Positions 1 to 9,048 of a DNA stretch of 18,284 bases are shown piece by piece; positions within the stretch are counted from its first letter, which is position 1; each line of letters begins with the position of its first letter. A program made the position numbers and the translations under genes. Source of the stretch: Bdellovibrionota bacterium (GTDB taxonomy: Bacteria > Bdellovibrionota_C > UBA2361 > JBGSMV01); the NCBI GenBank assembly GCA_044356455.1, contig JBIKWF010000092.1:1-18284 (forward strand), read 5' to 3'. The notes beneath the pieces are model-generated. The model was not told the DNA's origin and did no database searches. It was given only the letters and a program-made list of their open reading frames with translations.

Positions 1-62
1 CGGTAATTACGCAATCTTGGAGGTGGCGAAAAACGCACCACGTGCCGGGACGAGAGATCGTG

Positions 63-226
63 CGGCACCGCGGGGCTTGTCGCGGCGCCGCCTACTGGCA
101 GAGACGGAACGCGGCGCCCTACCAAGATGCCGCACCCGTAGGTAGGGCGCGCCGTTCCGCCTCTGCCCGTAGGCGACGGCGCGACGCGCGCCCCGTCGTG
201 CCGAAACAAATGCGCCGTCCTACCTA
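63..226. repeat. Long imperfect inverted repeat built from GTAG-initiated GC-rich units (REP/REPIN-like)
   Basis: Left arm 63-123 (cggcac..cggggc..gtcgcg..cgcctac.ggcagag.cggaacg..gcgccctacc) aligns over about 60 bp with the reverse complement of 141-203, around a 17-nt loop. Units begin GTAGG on + (at about 142 and 169) and read CCTAC on the left arm. A further CCTACCTA lies at 219-226. Much more GC-rich than the adjacent CDS. Confidence 0.75.
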
Positions 227-269
227 AAATCTCTAGCCCACGCCCCACCACCAGCGCTAGATTCCCCCC

Positions 270-2117
270 ATGCCCCAAACCAAAGCCTACCTTTCCAAAA
301 CCGCCTTTAAAATCGGCAGCTCCTGCCCAACAAAACTTTTCTATTACCTAAGCCGCTACCCCTCAACCCTCGATGGAGATCCGTATCTCGAGCTCCTCGC
401 CGAAGGCGGATTTATGGTGGGTAAAATTGCCCAGCTCCTCTATCCCGAGGGGGTCTTAGTGGACACCTCCCAAGGAGTTGAGCAGGCTTTTCTTGCCACA
501 AAAGAACTATTGCAGCGCGAGAATGTCACTATCTTCGAAGCCACCTTCATCGCAGGCGTAAAAACAGCCTCCGTAGATATTCTCGTAAAACGCGGCGATG
601 CGCTCGAGCTCATTGAGGTAAAATCAAAATCCTTCGACGGAAATGAAGACATCACCAAGCGCGCGAAAAATGGGAAGGGCCTTTTTTGGAACGCCGCAGG
701 GACTAGTATCACCGCGGACTGGAGTGAGTACCTTGAAGACGTCGCCTATCAAGTCCTCGTGCTTGAAGAGTTTGGTCCTCAATACAAAATAAGCTCTTCG
801 CTTCTCATGCCAGACAAGGCGCGCACCACTGCAATCGATGAGCTTGCGTCTCAATTCAAACTCCAAAGAGCAAGCAGCGACTCCCGCGATAGACGCACCA
901 ATGTAACCTTTACGGGAGACCCTGAGGAGCTAAAAGGCAAACATTTCCTTACCAAGATCCCAGTCGACGTCGAAGTACGAAGCCTGATGTTGGAAGTAAG
1001 CGAGACCGCGCTTGCCCTTGCCGATAGTATTAAAAACAAAATAACAAAGATCCCGCCTGTTATCGGAAAGAAATGTAAAGACTGCGAATTTAGGGGCGGG
1101 GAAGGGGGAGAACAAAGCGGATTTGCGGAATGTTGGGGCGAGCTCGCGGACGTAAAGCCGCATCTCTTTGAGCTCTATTTCGGCACCGCCATAAAACGCG
1201 AAGGGCGCTATCTCTTTGATGAGTTAATCGAGAAGCAGCAAGTCTCACTTTTTGATGTCCCCTCAGAATGCCTCACCGGAATTCGTGGGAAACGTCAGAA
1301 ACTGCAGATAGATTGCACGAGGGACAATAAAGAGTGGATAGCTCCTGAGCTTAAAGACTTTATTTCCTCGATTAAGTACCCCCTGCACTTTATAGACTTT
1401 GAAACGTCTCGCCTCGCCGTTCCCTATCACTCAGGAATGCGTCCCTTTGAGCAGGTAGCTTTCCAGTGGAGCTGCCACACTATTCACGCCCCCGGCGAAG
1501 CGCCCCAGCATAAAGATTGGATTAATGTTGAAAAAACTTTTCCAAATTTCGAGTTCGCGCGAACTCTCATGGAAGCGGTTGGGCCCCAAGGTTCTATCCT
1601 CGTGTGGGCAACTCACGAGAACACGACCCTGAACGATATTCGAGATCAGATGAAGCGCTACGGGCACAAGAACCCTGAGTTAGACGAGTGGCTCTCTCTT
1701 GTGACCAAAAGTTCAGGTTCCCAGGGACGCCTCATCGACATGAATAAGCTTACTCAAGACTATTACTTTCATCCCAAGATGGTCGGGAAGACTTCTCTTA
1801 AGTATGTGCTCCCCGCTATCTGGGCGAGCAACACTGAGCTGCACGAAATCCCGTGGCTCAAGCGGTACGTAAAAAAGTCAGGCAGCGAGCTTCTAAACCC
1901 CTACGAAACACTCCCGCCACTAGAGATTGGGGGAGTAAATCAAACGGTTAAAGAAGGAACAGGGGCCATGACTGCCTACCAAGAGATGCTCTACGGAGCC
2001 GTCTCAGGGGATGCGGAGATGAAGGGGAAGTGGCGGGAGCTGCTTCGGCAGTATTGTGAGCTGGATACTTTGGCGATGGTGGTGGTGTATCTGCATTGGT
2101 TTGAGGACGGAGTATAA
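270..2117 (+). CDS. DUF2779 domain-containing protein: predicted N-terminal RecB/Cas4-like PD-(D/E)xK nuclease plus C-terminal RNase H/DnaQ-like domain
   Basis: 615-aa ORF. N-terminal LSKTAF..CPTK; EATF...VDIL...LIEVKS and DVAYQ nuclease-type motifs; CKDC...C; C-terminal YPLHFIDFET, PFEQVAFQWSCH, SLKYVLP and YCELDT, which I recognise as typical of the DUF2779 family. Confidence 0.85.
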   Translation: MPQTKAYLSKTAFKIGSSCPTKLFYYLSRYPSTLDGDPYLELLAEGGFMVGKIAQLLYPEGVLVDTSQGVEQAFLATKELLQRENVTIFEATFIAGVKTASVDILVKRGDALELIEVKSKSFDGNEDITKRAKNGKGLFWNAAGTSITADWSEYLEDVAYQVLVLEEFGPQYKISSSLLMPDKARTTAIDELASQFKLQRASSDSRDRRTNVTFTGDPEELKGKHFLTKIPVDVEVRSLMLEVSETALALADSIKNKITKIPPVIGKKCKDCEFRGGEGGEQSGFAECWGELADVKPHLFELYFGTAIKREGRYLFDELIEKQQVSLFDVPSECLTGIRGKRQKLQIDCTRDNKEWIAPELKDFISSIKYPLHFIDFETSRLAVPYHSGMRPFEQVAFQWSCHTIHAPGEAPQHKDWINVEKTFPNFEFARTLMEAVGPQGSILVWATHENTTLNDIRDQMKRYGHKNPELDEWLSLVTKSSGSQGRLIDMNKLTQDYYFHPKMVGKTSLKYVLPAIWASNTELHEIPWLKRYVKKSGSELLNPYETLPPLEIGGVNQTVKEGTGAMTAYQEMLYGAVSGDAEMKGKWRELLRQYCELDTLAMVVVYLHWFEDGV

Positions 2118-2240
2118 TCTTTCACTTCATGCTTGAGATGAGCAGAATTTCGAAGTTTTACCCTAGGTTCGACCGAATGCTGTGTAATTCATTGATTTTG
2201 CAATTTACGGATTTCGCCACTAGCGATTGCGGGGGGTGCG

Positions 2241-3605
2241 ATGCGCCTTGATCTGCGTTCACTGACTGTTTTCAGAATAGTTTTGGGTGCTCTTGCTCTT
2301 TGGAGCTTGATAGAGCGGGCATTAGAGTTTGGTAGATTCTATTCCTCCGAGGGAGTTTTTCCAACCTCGCTTCTGCCTATCGTGTACGGCAGTCACTATC
2401 CGGTTCTTCCGTCTGCAGATGGGGTTTGGATTTTTATTCTAGGGTTAGGAATTCTCTCAGCCTTGCTCTGGCTCCTTGGTAGTGCCCCCGTTATCACGGG
2501 TTCTCTGCTTTTCGCTGTCCTGTGTCTTCTACATGCACGTAACCCTCTCGTAGAGTATGGAGCTGATCGGGTACTGCGATTCGCACTGTTGTGGTCGCTT
2601 TTTCTACCGGTGGCTTCGCGGCGGGAACCTGGCCGATATCACGTAGCCGCAGGCTTCGGACCCCAAGGTCTGGCTCCGCATGTATTCGTTGCGCAGCTTT
2701 CGCTTATTTACCTGGGCACGGTTTGGGCCCGGGATAGTGCGGTATGGTGGTCAAGTCTTACGGCAGGAGAGATGGCTCTCAAGTTCGACATGTTCTCTAC
2801 TCATTTCGGGAGGGCCTTATCTTCGTTCCCTACGCTTCTTAAAATGGGTACGGCCCTTACCATGGGGCTTGAGATTGTTGGGCCAATTGTCCTAATTGTT
2901 TGGTGGAAGAACGAGCGGGTTAGAACTTTAATCATTGCATTTTTTTCGCTTTTGCACCTCGCGATTGCTCTGTGTCTCGGTATCCCGTTTTTTTCCTTAG
3001 TAATGATAGGGTGCCTTGTAGCGTTACTACCGGGGATGGTTTGGACTTGGGTAGGTTGGGGCGACAATCCCTACAAGTTTCCGCATGATCCAACGTCTGT
3101 TCGAAACTACGCGAAGGCGCTGTTGCTTCTCTGTTTGTTTATTGGAAGCCAGTTCTTTCGGGAAGAACTTACGCTTGGGTCTTGTTCCGAGAAATGCGTA
3201 ATTTCAAAAGTGCTTGGGGTTTCACAGTCCTGGCGCGTCTTCGCACCCTATCCAGATTCTGTTGATGGATGGTTTCTTGCTGTTGGGGTTGCTAGATCGA
3301 ATCAAGAGGTGGATCTGCTTTCGCACTCCTCCCCCCCTCGCACGAGGGAAATGTGGCGCGCCGGCCCTCGCGCAAGTGTTCGTTGGCGGAAATACCTCCT
3401 CGTACTTCGAGACATCAAATTGCCGGTTGTGCATCACTACCTAGTTCGATCCCTCTGTGCGGACCAGTCTGTTAGGACCTCAGGCATTTCTAAGGTGCGG
3501 CTCACGTTTAATGAGGAGATTACCGATTTCGACGGCTCAGAACGGCCAGCGGAAGAGCGGGAACTGGGCTCATTCCCATGTAACGTCGGGAGTTCGCCTA
3601 ACTAG
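2241..3605 (+). CDS. HTTM domain membrane protein (vitamin K-dependent gamma-carboxylase-like family)
   Basis: 454-aa multi-TM ORF with LDLRSLTVFRI, RNP..YGAD..LR..LLW..FLP, Q...IY, LH..I...L.I..F, QSWRVFAPYP...DGW and RWRKY motifs. Confidence 0.8.
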   Translation: MRLDLRSLTVFRIVLGALALWSLIERALEFGRFYSSEGVFPTSLLPIVYGSHYPVLPSADGVWIFILGLGILSALLWLLGSAPVITGSLLFAVLCLLHARNPLVEYGADRVLRFALLWSLFLPVASRREPGRYHVAAGFGPQGLAPHVFVAQLSLIYLGTVWARDSAVWWSSLTAGEMALKFDMFSTHFGRALSSFPTLLKMGTALTMGLEIVGPIVLIVWWKNERVRTLIIAFFSLLHLAIALCLGIPFFSLVMIGCLVALLPGMVWTWVGWGDNPYKFPHDPTSVRNYAKALLLLCLFIGSQFFREELTLGSCSEKCVISKVLGVSQSWRVFAPYPDSVDGWFLAVGVARSNQEVDLLSHSSPPRTREMWRAGPRASVRWRKYLLVLRDIKLPVVHHYLVRSLCADQSVRTSGISKVRLTFNEEITDFDGSERPAEERELGSFPCNVGSSPN

Positions 3606-3842
3606 TTGTTTCCCCTAGAAACTCTTCCCCTGAATTGAACCGAGCTCGGATCGTTCCCTGACCCCAGAAAAGCGAATATCTTTAATGGCCTAGATTGTGC
3701 ATTCTAGCGGCTCATCGCGGAATGGAGCAGATCCCAGAACCTTGCGGACTTAGATTTAGTGACGCGTACTCTTGCTCTTGGCTGATGACCGCTCACGCTT
3801 AGTTAGCCAAGGGGCGCGGAGAGCTCACTGTTAATATAACTG

Positions 3843-4460
3843 GTGGTGTTCGTGAAACGAAGTTGCTTGTCAGAATCTGAGGAAGGCGGAGTTCTTGTTG
3901 AGCTAAGCCTCGTGGTAGTCGCCCTGATGTTCCTGTTAGGTGCGGTGTTTAGTGTTGGGCGTCTGCTCAATCAGATTTCGTGGCTGTCGCAAACAACCTA
4001 TAACGCATTACTAGAGGGCGCTTCCAATAACCGTAGTTCCCGCTCTGATGATATGAAAAACAGAGCATCCCAGTTGTGGCAGGCTACTCATCGAATGATG
4101 GGAATCTCAAACGGCATGACGTTTGACCCCTCTGGGACAACATCGAATTCTGGGTCAGCAACGGACACCATCAACTTTAAGCTCACCGGCACACTCTCGA
4201 AATTCTTTGGTCAGACGAGCGATTTGCCCGTCTCCATCACAATACAAGGTGCCATGCTTGTTGGAAACCTCGGTGCAGCAGGAGATTTAAGTCAGTTCCA
4301 GTCTGCGAATCTCTCTTATAACTGCAATGGCGTTCCGTGCGGGGGTGGCGGGCAGCCTAGCTGTAACTCCGCATGCGTTAACTGTACCTTCAACAGTGGC
4401 ACTCAATCCTTCGTATGCGGGTGTACGACAGACGTCTCTGAGCCATCCAGGGTCTGCTAA
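3843..4460 (+). CDS. TadE-like pseudopilin with Cys-rich C-terminus (start may be GTG 3852)
   Basis: Prepilin-like N-terminus EEG|GVLVE followed by a hydrophobic helix (LSLVVVALMFLLGAVFSVG) and an amphipathic segment; 8 Cys in the last ~46 aa. Confidence 0.7.
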   Translation: MVFVKRSCLSESEEGGVLVELSLVVVALMFLLGAVFSVGRLLNQISWLSQTTYNALLEGASNNRSSRSDDMKNRASQLWQATHRMMGISNGMTFDPSGTTSNSGSATDTINFKLTGTLSKFFGQTSDLPVSITIQGAMLVGNLGAAGDLSQFQSANLSYNCNGVPCGGGGQPSCNSACVNCTFNSGTQSFVCGCTTDVSEPSRVC

Positions 4461-4686
4461 ACAATAATTCCGCGCGTTTATAGCCATTTAACTACCATTT
4501 GCCGGGTACCAGCCCAACTGAGCCATTTTATTCAACAGGACTCCTCCGTACCAGAAGTTATGGCTGCTAAAGTAGCTAATAGAGTCTTTAGGGTTGATTC
4601 TAAAAAATACACCTTTAGGAAGTCATCCCTCCGGCCGAGCTTCCAATGAGGGAAGTTTGTGTGCTCTTGCCTCGGGAGTGGTGCTC

Positions 4687-6729
4687 ATGGCCAAAATCTT
4701 AGTTTCGATATTCTGCGTTGCGAGAATCTCGGCTCTGCGCCTGAGTTTACTGCTTGGTAGCCTCGTGGCGTTGGAGGCCTCTCTCTTTGCTCAGACAAGT
4801 AAAAGTCTGAAAAGCCCCGTGTGGGAGCTCCAAGAGGCAGCGTCAGAAGCGCCGCAAACCGGTGTGATTTCATCATCTAAAGAAGGGCAATCCGCCCCCG
4901 GCGAGGGAGGCTCTCTCGCTGGGGAGTATAAGAGCCTCGCAAGAGCCCTCTCCGAGAAACGTAAGGGGCGGGTACTTGTCCAAAGTTTGACCCTTGCTGA
5001 CGAGTCTCAGAGTCAGCTCATTGATCCGCCTGAAGCCCCGCGGACGTTCGAAGGATGTGCCCTTGGCTTGATAAAAAATCAGTCTACTGGAACGTCAATT
5101 AACTTCATTTCCGCCACAGGGACCCAGGATAATGGGCGGGGAACCTTTCTAACCTCGGTATCCGACGAGATAACGCCTTCTGGTGGAGGTCAGAAGTACT
5201 ATACCGCGGTTGGTCATTTCCAATCTACCCCGAGTACCTTCAGGGCCTTTCGGATCAATTCGCTTGTGGGCCACAACGTCTCGTCCGTAACGCCCCTGGC
5301 CCTTAATCAGGTCAGCTGCCAATACACGGAGTCCTTTGCATTTGGCGTTTCGGAGAAAGCAGAGTCGATCGTCGGGGCCGGGTGTGTTTCAGCAAATGGA
5401 TGTGGTGAAAATGGCGTGCCAGCTGACCGGGATCTTAGGCCGATTCGTTGGGGATGTTCAAACTACTCCCTTTCCACAATTCCTCCGCCGTCATCATGGG
5501 GTCAGGGCAACGTTTGGCAGCGGCAGATCCAGGATGGCGTCTCCTTTGGGAACAGCGGAGAGGCCACTGCTGTTGATGGGGACGGAGATGTGTTCGTAGG
5601 TTGGGTTCAGCGGGTATTTCCTACTCCTTCCTCAGGGAATCCTTATCCCGTAAATAATCTTACGCGGGAGTCTCTCAGATCGCTTCGAGGGGGCTCTTGC
5701 TCGGCTGCAGTGAGCTCGGCAATCCTTCCTGAAATTAACGGGGGCCTGGCTGAGTGCGATTTGGGGCCGCCTAATCGTTTCGCATGTTCGTCATCTACTG
5801 GGCAAGGGCAGTCCGGAGCATTCGCCGTTTCGAGAGACGGGAATCTCGTCGTCGGGTATCAGCGAACCCGAGAGTTTGCAGAAGGGCCAGGTGGGACCCC
5901 CCATCAATGTGAGCGAGTGGTTCCCTATCCGGATGGAGGAGCATTGCGTCAGGTAGCCTCCCGAGCCTACCGCTGGGATGCTCGATGTGGAGCTCTGCCA
6001 CCTCGCAGTCTCCTTCCCACTCTCAACTCGAGGGGTGATTCAGATGGCATTGCCCCAGATTATCCGGCTTGTCCCGCGCTTCCACAGGTCTACAACTGGC
6101 CAAGAGGCGTTGCACGCGGATTGTCCCCCGACGGCTCCAAGATCGTAGGTGAAGATCATAGCGACAGAAAGAATGAGTTTTTGAACTTGGAGTACCCGGT
6201 AAGCGAGAACCGATGGGTGCCAAGGAACTTTACGAACACAGGGCCTGGTGGGACTACAGACTCTCAGTTCGACCTCGGCGGATTATCTCAAGAGGCAGCG
6301 CTTTGGAGCTATCCATTCTCTTCCAGTACTGGATTAGGATGGCTCTACTTCGTTCCAGACTTTGTACGGGATAGCCGGCTGAGAGATGCCTCGAACTCGG
6401 GAGTGCGAATGGTTGGCCAAGGGTATCGTCCCGATGTCTTCGGAGCACCGCAGGGAGGTCCGACGACGGAGGGGACAGCGGTAGTGACTGGAATTCCTTC
6501 CCCCGGGCTTACATTGCGATCACTTCGCGACGTTCTTGGAGCTCCCCCCTACAATCTAAATATTGACAGCCTTAATGATAATTCACCGAGCACTCAGGCA
6601 AAGTGGCAGCTCGTAGATGCCCGATCGATTTCGCCAAATGGGAAAACGATAGTAGGCCGCGCTCTGTGTACTAATCAGGCGTCTACGGGCGACAAATCGT
6701 ACGGATTCATCGTGCGTCTACCCTCGTGA
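4687..6729 (+). CDS. Secreted Cys/Gly-rich protein with HAF-like extracellular beta-repeats
   Basis: The ORF runs from TTG 4594, but ATG 4687 precedes a signal-peptide-like stretch ending SLFA|Q. Repeated motifs ATAVDGDGDVFVG, AFAVSRDGNLVVG, ARGLSPDGSKIVG, DASNSGVRMVG and WQLVDARSISPNGKTIVG. Confidence 0.7.
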   Translation: MAKILVSIFCVARISALRLSLLLGSLVALEASLFAQTSKSLKSPVWELQEAASEAPQTGVISSSKEGQSAPGEGGSLAGEYKSLARALSEKRKGRVLVQSLTLADESQSQLIDPPEAPRTFEGCALGLIKNQSTGTSINFISATGTQDNGRGTFLTSVSDEITPSGGGQKYYTAVGHFQSTPSTFRAFRINSLVGHNVSSVTPLALNQVSCQYTESFAFGVSEKAESIVGAGCVSANGCGENGVPADRDLRPIRWGCSNYSLSTIPPPSSWGQGNVWQRQIQDGVSFGNSGEATAVDGDGDVFVGWVQRVFPTPSSGNPYPVNNLTRESLRSLRGGSCSAAVSSAILPEINGGLAECDLGPPNRFACSSSTGQGQSGAFAVSRDGNLVVGYQRTREFAEGPGGTPHQCERVVPYPDGGALRQVASRAYRWDARCGALPPRSLLPTLNSRGDSDGIAPDYPACPALPQVYNWPRGVARGLSPDGSKIVGEDHSDRKNEFLNLEYPVSENRWVPRNFTNTGPGGTTDSQFDLGGLSQEAALWSYPFSSSTGLGWLYFVPDFVRDSRLRDASNSGVRMVGQGYRPDVFGAPQGGPTTEGTAVVTGIPSPGLTLRSLRDVLGAPPYNLNIDSLNDNSPSTQAKWQLVDARSISPNGKTIVGRALCTNQASTGDKSYGFIVRLPS

Positions 6730-6750
6730 GATTGCCTTCCCGATTCGTTG

Positions 6751-8937
6751 CTATTGCTCGACCAGGATGTACGGATTCGCCCCAACGCTTTCGAGAACGC
6801 AGCGAGCGGCCTGTGCCCCAATATCCTCGTTTGTGACAGAACACGTCTGAGGTTGGCCCTCGGTGCGGGCGCAGTCGCGTAGCCTTGGAGGGGTCTTTGA
6901 GGCATCGTAACAATCCGAAAAGCCCGCCGTATCGCAATTCGGGCAATCAGCGAGTGCTACATTTCCGCAGATGGGCATTAAGGGGCAAAATATGCCCCCC
7001 GTTCGAAAGGCGAGTTGGCCAAAAACTGAGTTCGGGGCCCTGAAACTCACACCAGTTGCTCCAACATTTTCATAGGCGCACTCATTGTCAGCTGAGGCGC
7101 AGCCAAGCGCTGAAAAATTAGGCACTGACGGGTTTGAGTTGAAAAAATTCGCGCCATACCCCAAGGAGCCTGCCTCAGAAAGCTCCACCCATACGTTTTG
7201 CGGAGGGGAGCCCACGAGGCGTCGAATGTTTAAGAAGTTCGGCGCGACCGAAGCGCCAGCAAGGAGGGTAGTCACCGCAATTCGGTTTCGCTGAAGACGG
7301 TCAAGCAGCCGGAAGTTCTCGGGCACCGATGTCTGAGAGGCATCCGCCAAAATTTCCTCCTGCGCCTCATCGAATCTATCGAAATCTAGCGCAAGAGGGC
7401 ATCCCCCGCGGAGGGAGCAGGTAGCCAAACCATCTGTGGCGATGACGATATCCTTTTTGGCGGTGGAGGGGCACGACGCCTGAATTACCGAGATAGCATT
7501 GTCGAGTGCAGAAGAAAGGTGTGTTTGGGCGAACGTCCCTCCAGCGTTGTAGAGAGGGAACCAGCCAAGATCAATTAGGTTAGGGTGCACTTCGCCGTCC
7601 CATCCTGTCGCCTGTGTTACTCTCCAATCTCCACCCCCGAGGGCTTGAACAGAACTTAAGCGTCCTCGTGCATCAGCGTTGGTTAGTTGTACCAAAATAT
7701 CGAAGTTAGAAGTCACGCCCGAAAGTGGATATCTTCCGCGGATTGCCCCGTCAAAAGGAAGAACCGCAGCTCCGTCGCCGGAGGTTGACTGCTCTCGCAC
7801 AAGACGCAAGCCGGAGTTAAAAGCAAGCAGAAAGTCACGGAGCGGGCGCGGATCGGTCACGGTATCAACCCACACGGGACCTAGCTGGGAATTCATGCGT
7901 CGGTAATCTTGAGCGAACGTTCCAGGGACTGCCGCGCAGGTGCCTACGGAGGTGCAGGCAGGCCGATATGGCACGGCATCAGGTGTTGCGGGAGAAAAGA
8001 GGGTGTTGCACCAAATGTGGCCTTCGGAGTTGTTTGAAGGAAAACTGTTACCAAGTTCAAGCCAGTAGTCCCTCTGAGTTAGTGGCTGGTCACAAGCGCT
8101 GCTGTAAGCGGTCGAGTCGGGAGGAACCGGCGGGTCCAAAAGGGAAAACGGATCACTTCGGAACATCACCTGCTCTCTAAAGGCAAAGAGGCGTGTATTC
8201 TCCTCTGAGGGCTGCAGAGCCCATCTCAACCGCAGTTCATTCCCCCCTAAAGAGCTCCCTGGCACCACCGAGGGGAAAGTGTTGGGTACAGGGTGAGACA
8301 TCGCAGTTGTCGATATTGAGAGGTCGAGTAAGTAGGCGGTACATCTCTGAACGAGAGCTGCTGTTGCGATGCTTTTTACTTGCTGAGTGGCGCTGCCAAA
8401 AATATTTGCAAAGGGGGCAATTATCGGATTTGTAGCGTCGTTTTTCGCCTCAACCCTCGCAGCGTTGATAAGCGAAGGGGGGCTCGCCTCTATCTCCCAT
8501 GCAATGAAACAAGGGTATCCTGTGCTGCAAGGGTTGGCCCCTCCTGTGCCGTCAGGGTCCTGGCTGTACCAGGCACCTAAGGTTAGAGTCCCAACCGCCC
8601 CCGACGTCCAGGGGAGTCCAAAGGCGCGGGCGCCCTCAGTCAGGGTATCTGGAGCTCCCAAGACTCGGTTTGTCTCCATTACGTCATTTGCTCTCACCAA
8701 GGCGGCGGCGGCCCGAGCCGCTGGAGTTGCGGTCGAAGGCGAGGCGAAATAGCCCTGTAAAGCCGAGAGTGCGGCTAGGTTGGAAAGCTGCTGCATCTGA
8801 ACAACCGATACTGAGATAACCCCTAGTCCGAGCACTAGGGCGAGCAGCGCCAGAATTGCGATCATGAAAACCGCAAAGAACACAATGAAGACTCCACTGG
8901 AAGGGCATCTCTTCTTGGGCCCCGTTGATCTTCCCAT
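6751..8937 (-). CDS. TadG-like pilus-associated protein with von Willebrand A domain
   Basis: Likely start ATG 8937 (GGAG upstream; the ORF is open from 9027). SSG|VFIVFFAVFMIAILALLALVLGLG...QMQQLSNLAALSA is a Tad N-terminal motif, followed by a GTLTLGAW...INAARVEA...PFANIFG...KSIATA TadG-like segment. YLLDLSIS is a MIDAS DxSxS, with T.LSSAL and IVIATDG vWA motifs. Confidence 0.8.
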   Translation of the reverse strand: MGRSTGPKKRCPSSGVFIVFFAVFMIAILALLALVLGLGVISVSVVQMQQLSNLAALSALQGYFASPSTATPAARAAAALVRANDVMETNRVLGAPDTLTEGARAFGLPWTSGAVGTLTLGAWYSQDPDGTGGANPCSTGYPCFIAWEIEASPPSLINAARVEAKNDATNPIIAPFANIFGSATQQVKSIATAALVQRCTAYLLDLSISTTAMSHPVPNTFPSVVPGSSLGGNELRLRWALQPSEENTRLFAFREQVMFRSDPFSLLDPPVPPDSTAYSSACDQPLTQRDYWLELGNSFPSNNSEGHIWCNTLFSPATPDAVPYRPACTSVGTCAAVPGTFAQDYRRMNSQLGPVWVDTVTDPRPLRDFLLAFNSGLRLVREQSTSGDGAAVLPFDGAIRGRYPLSGVTSNFDILVQLTNADARGRLSSVQALGGGDWRVTQATGWDGEVHPNLIDLGWFPLYNAGGTFAQTHLSSALDNAISVIQASCPSTAKKDIVIATDGLATCSLRGGCPLALDFDRFDEAQEEILADASQTSVPENFRLLDRLQRNRIAVTTLLAGASVAPNFLNIRRLVGSPPQNVWVELSEAGSLGYGANFFNSNPSVPNFSALGCASADNECAYENVGATGVSFRAPNSVFGQLAFRTGGIFCPLMPICGNVALADCPNCDTAGFSDCYDASKTPPRLRDCARTEGQPQTCSVTNEDIGAQAARCVLESVGANPYILVEQ

Positions 8938-9048
8938 TGGCAACACTCCCGAAAATCCCATGCGGCACTTTGCGTATCGTAACACCCCTAAGGCTTCTAA
9001 GACACCTGGGTAGGGTTGGGACGACAATATCCCACAAAAATAAACAGA

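Noticed and set aside
42..227. 61-aa Arg-rich ORF
   Set aside because: It coincides with the GC-rich inverted repeat and has no protein-like features; probably spurious.
3777..3812. Short inverted repeat (cttggct...agccaag) upstream of the first TadE-like gene
   Set aside because: Short stem with a long loop and no U-tract; cannot be distinguished from chance.
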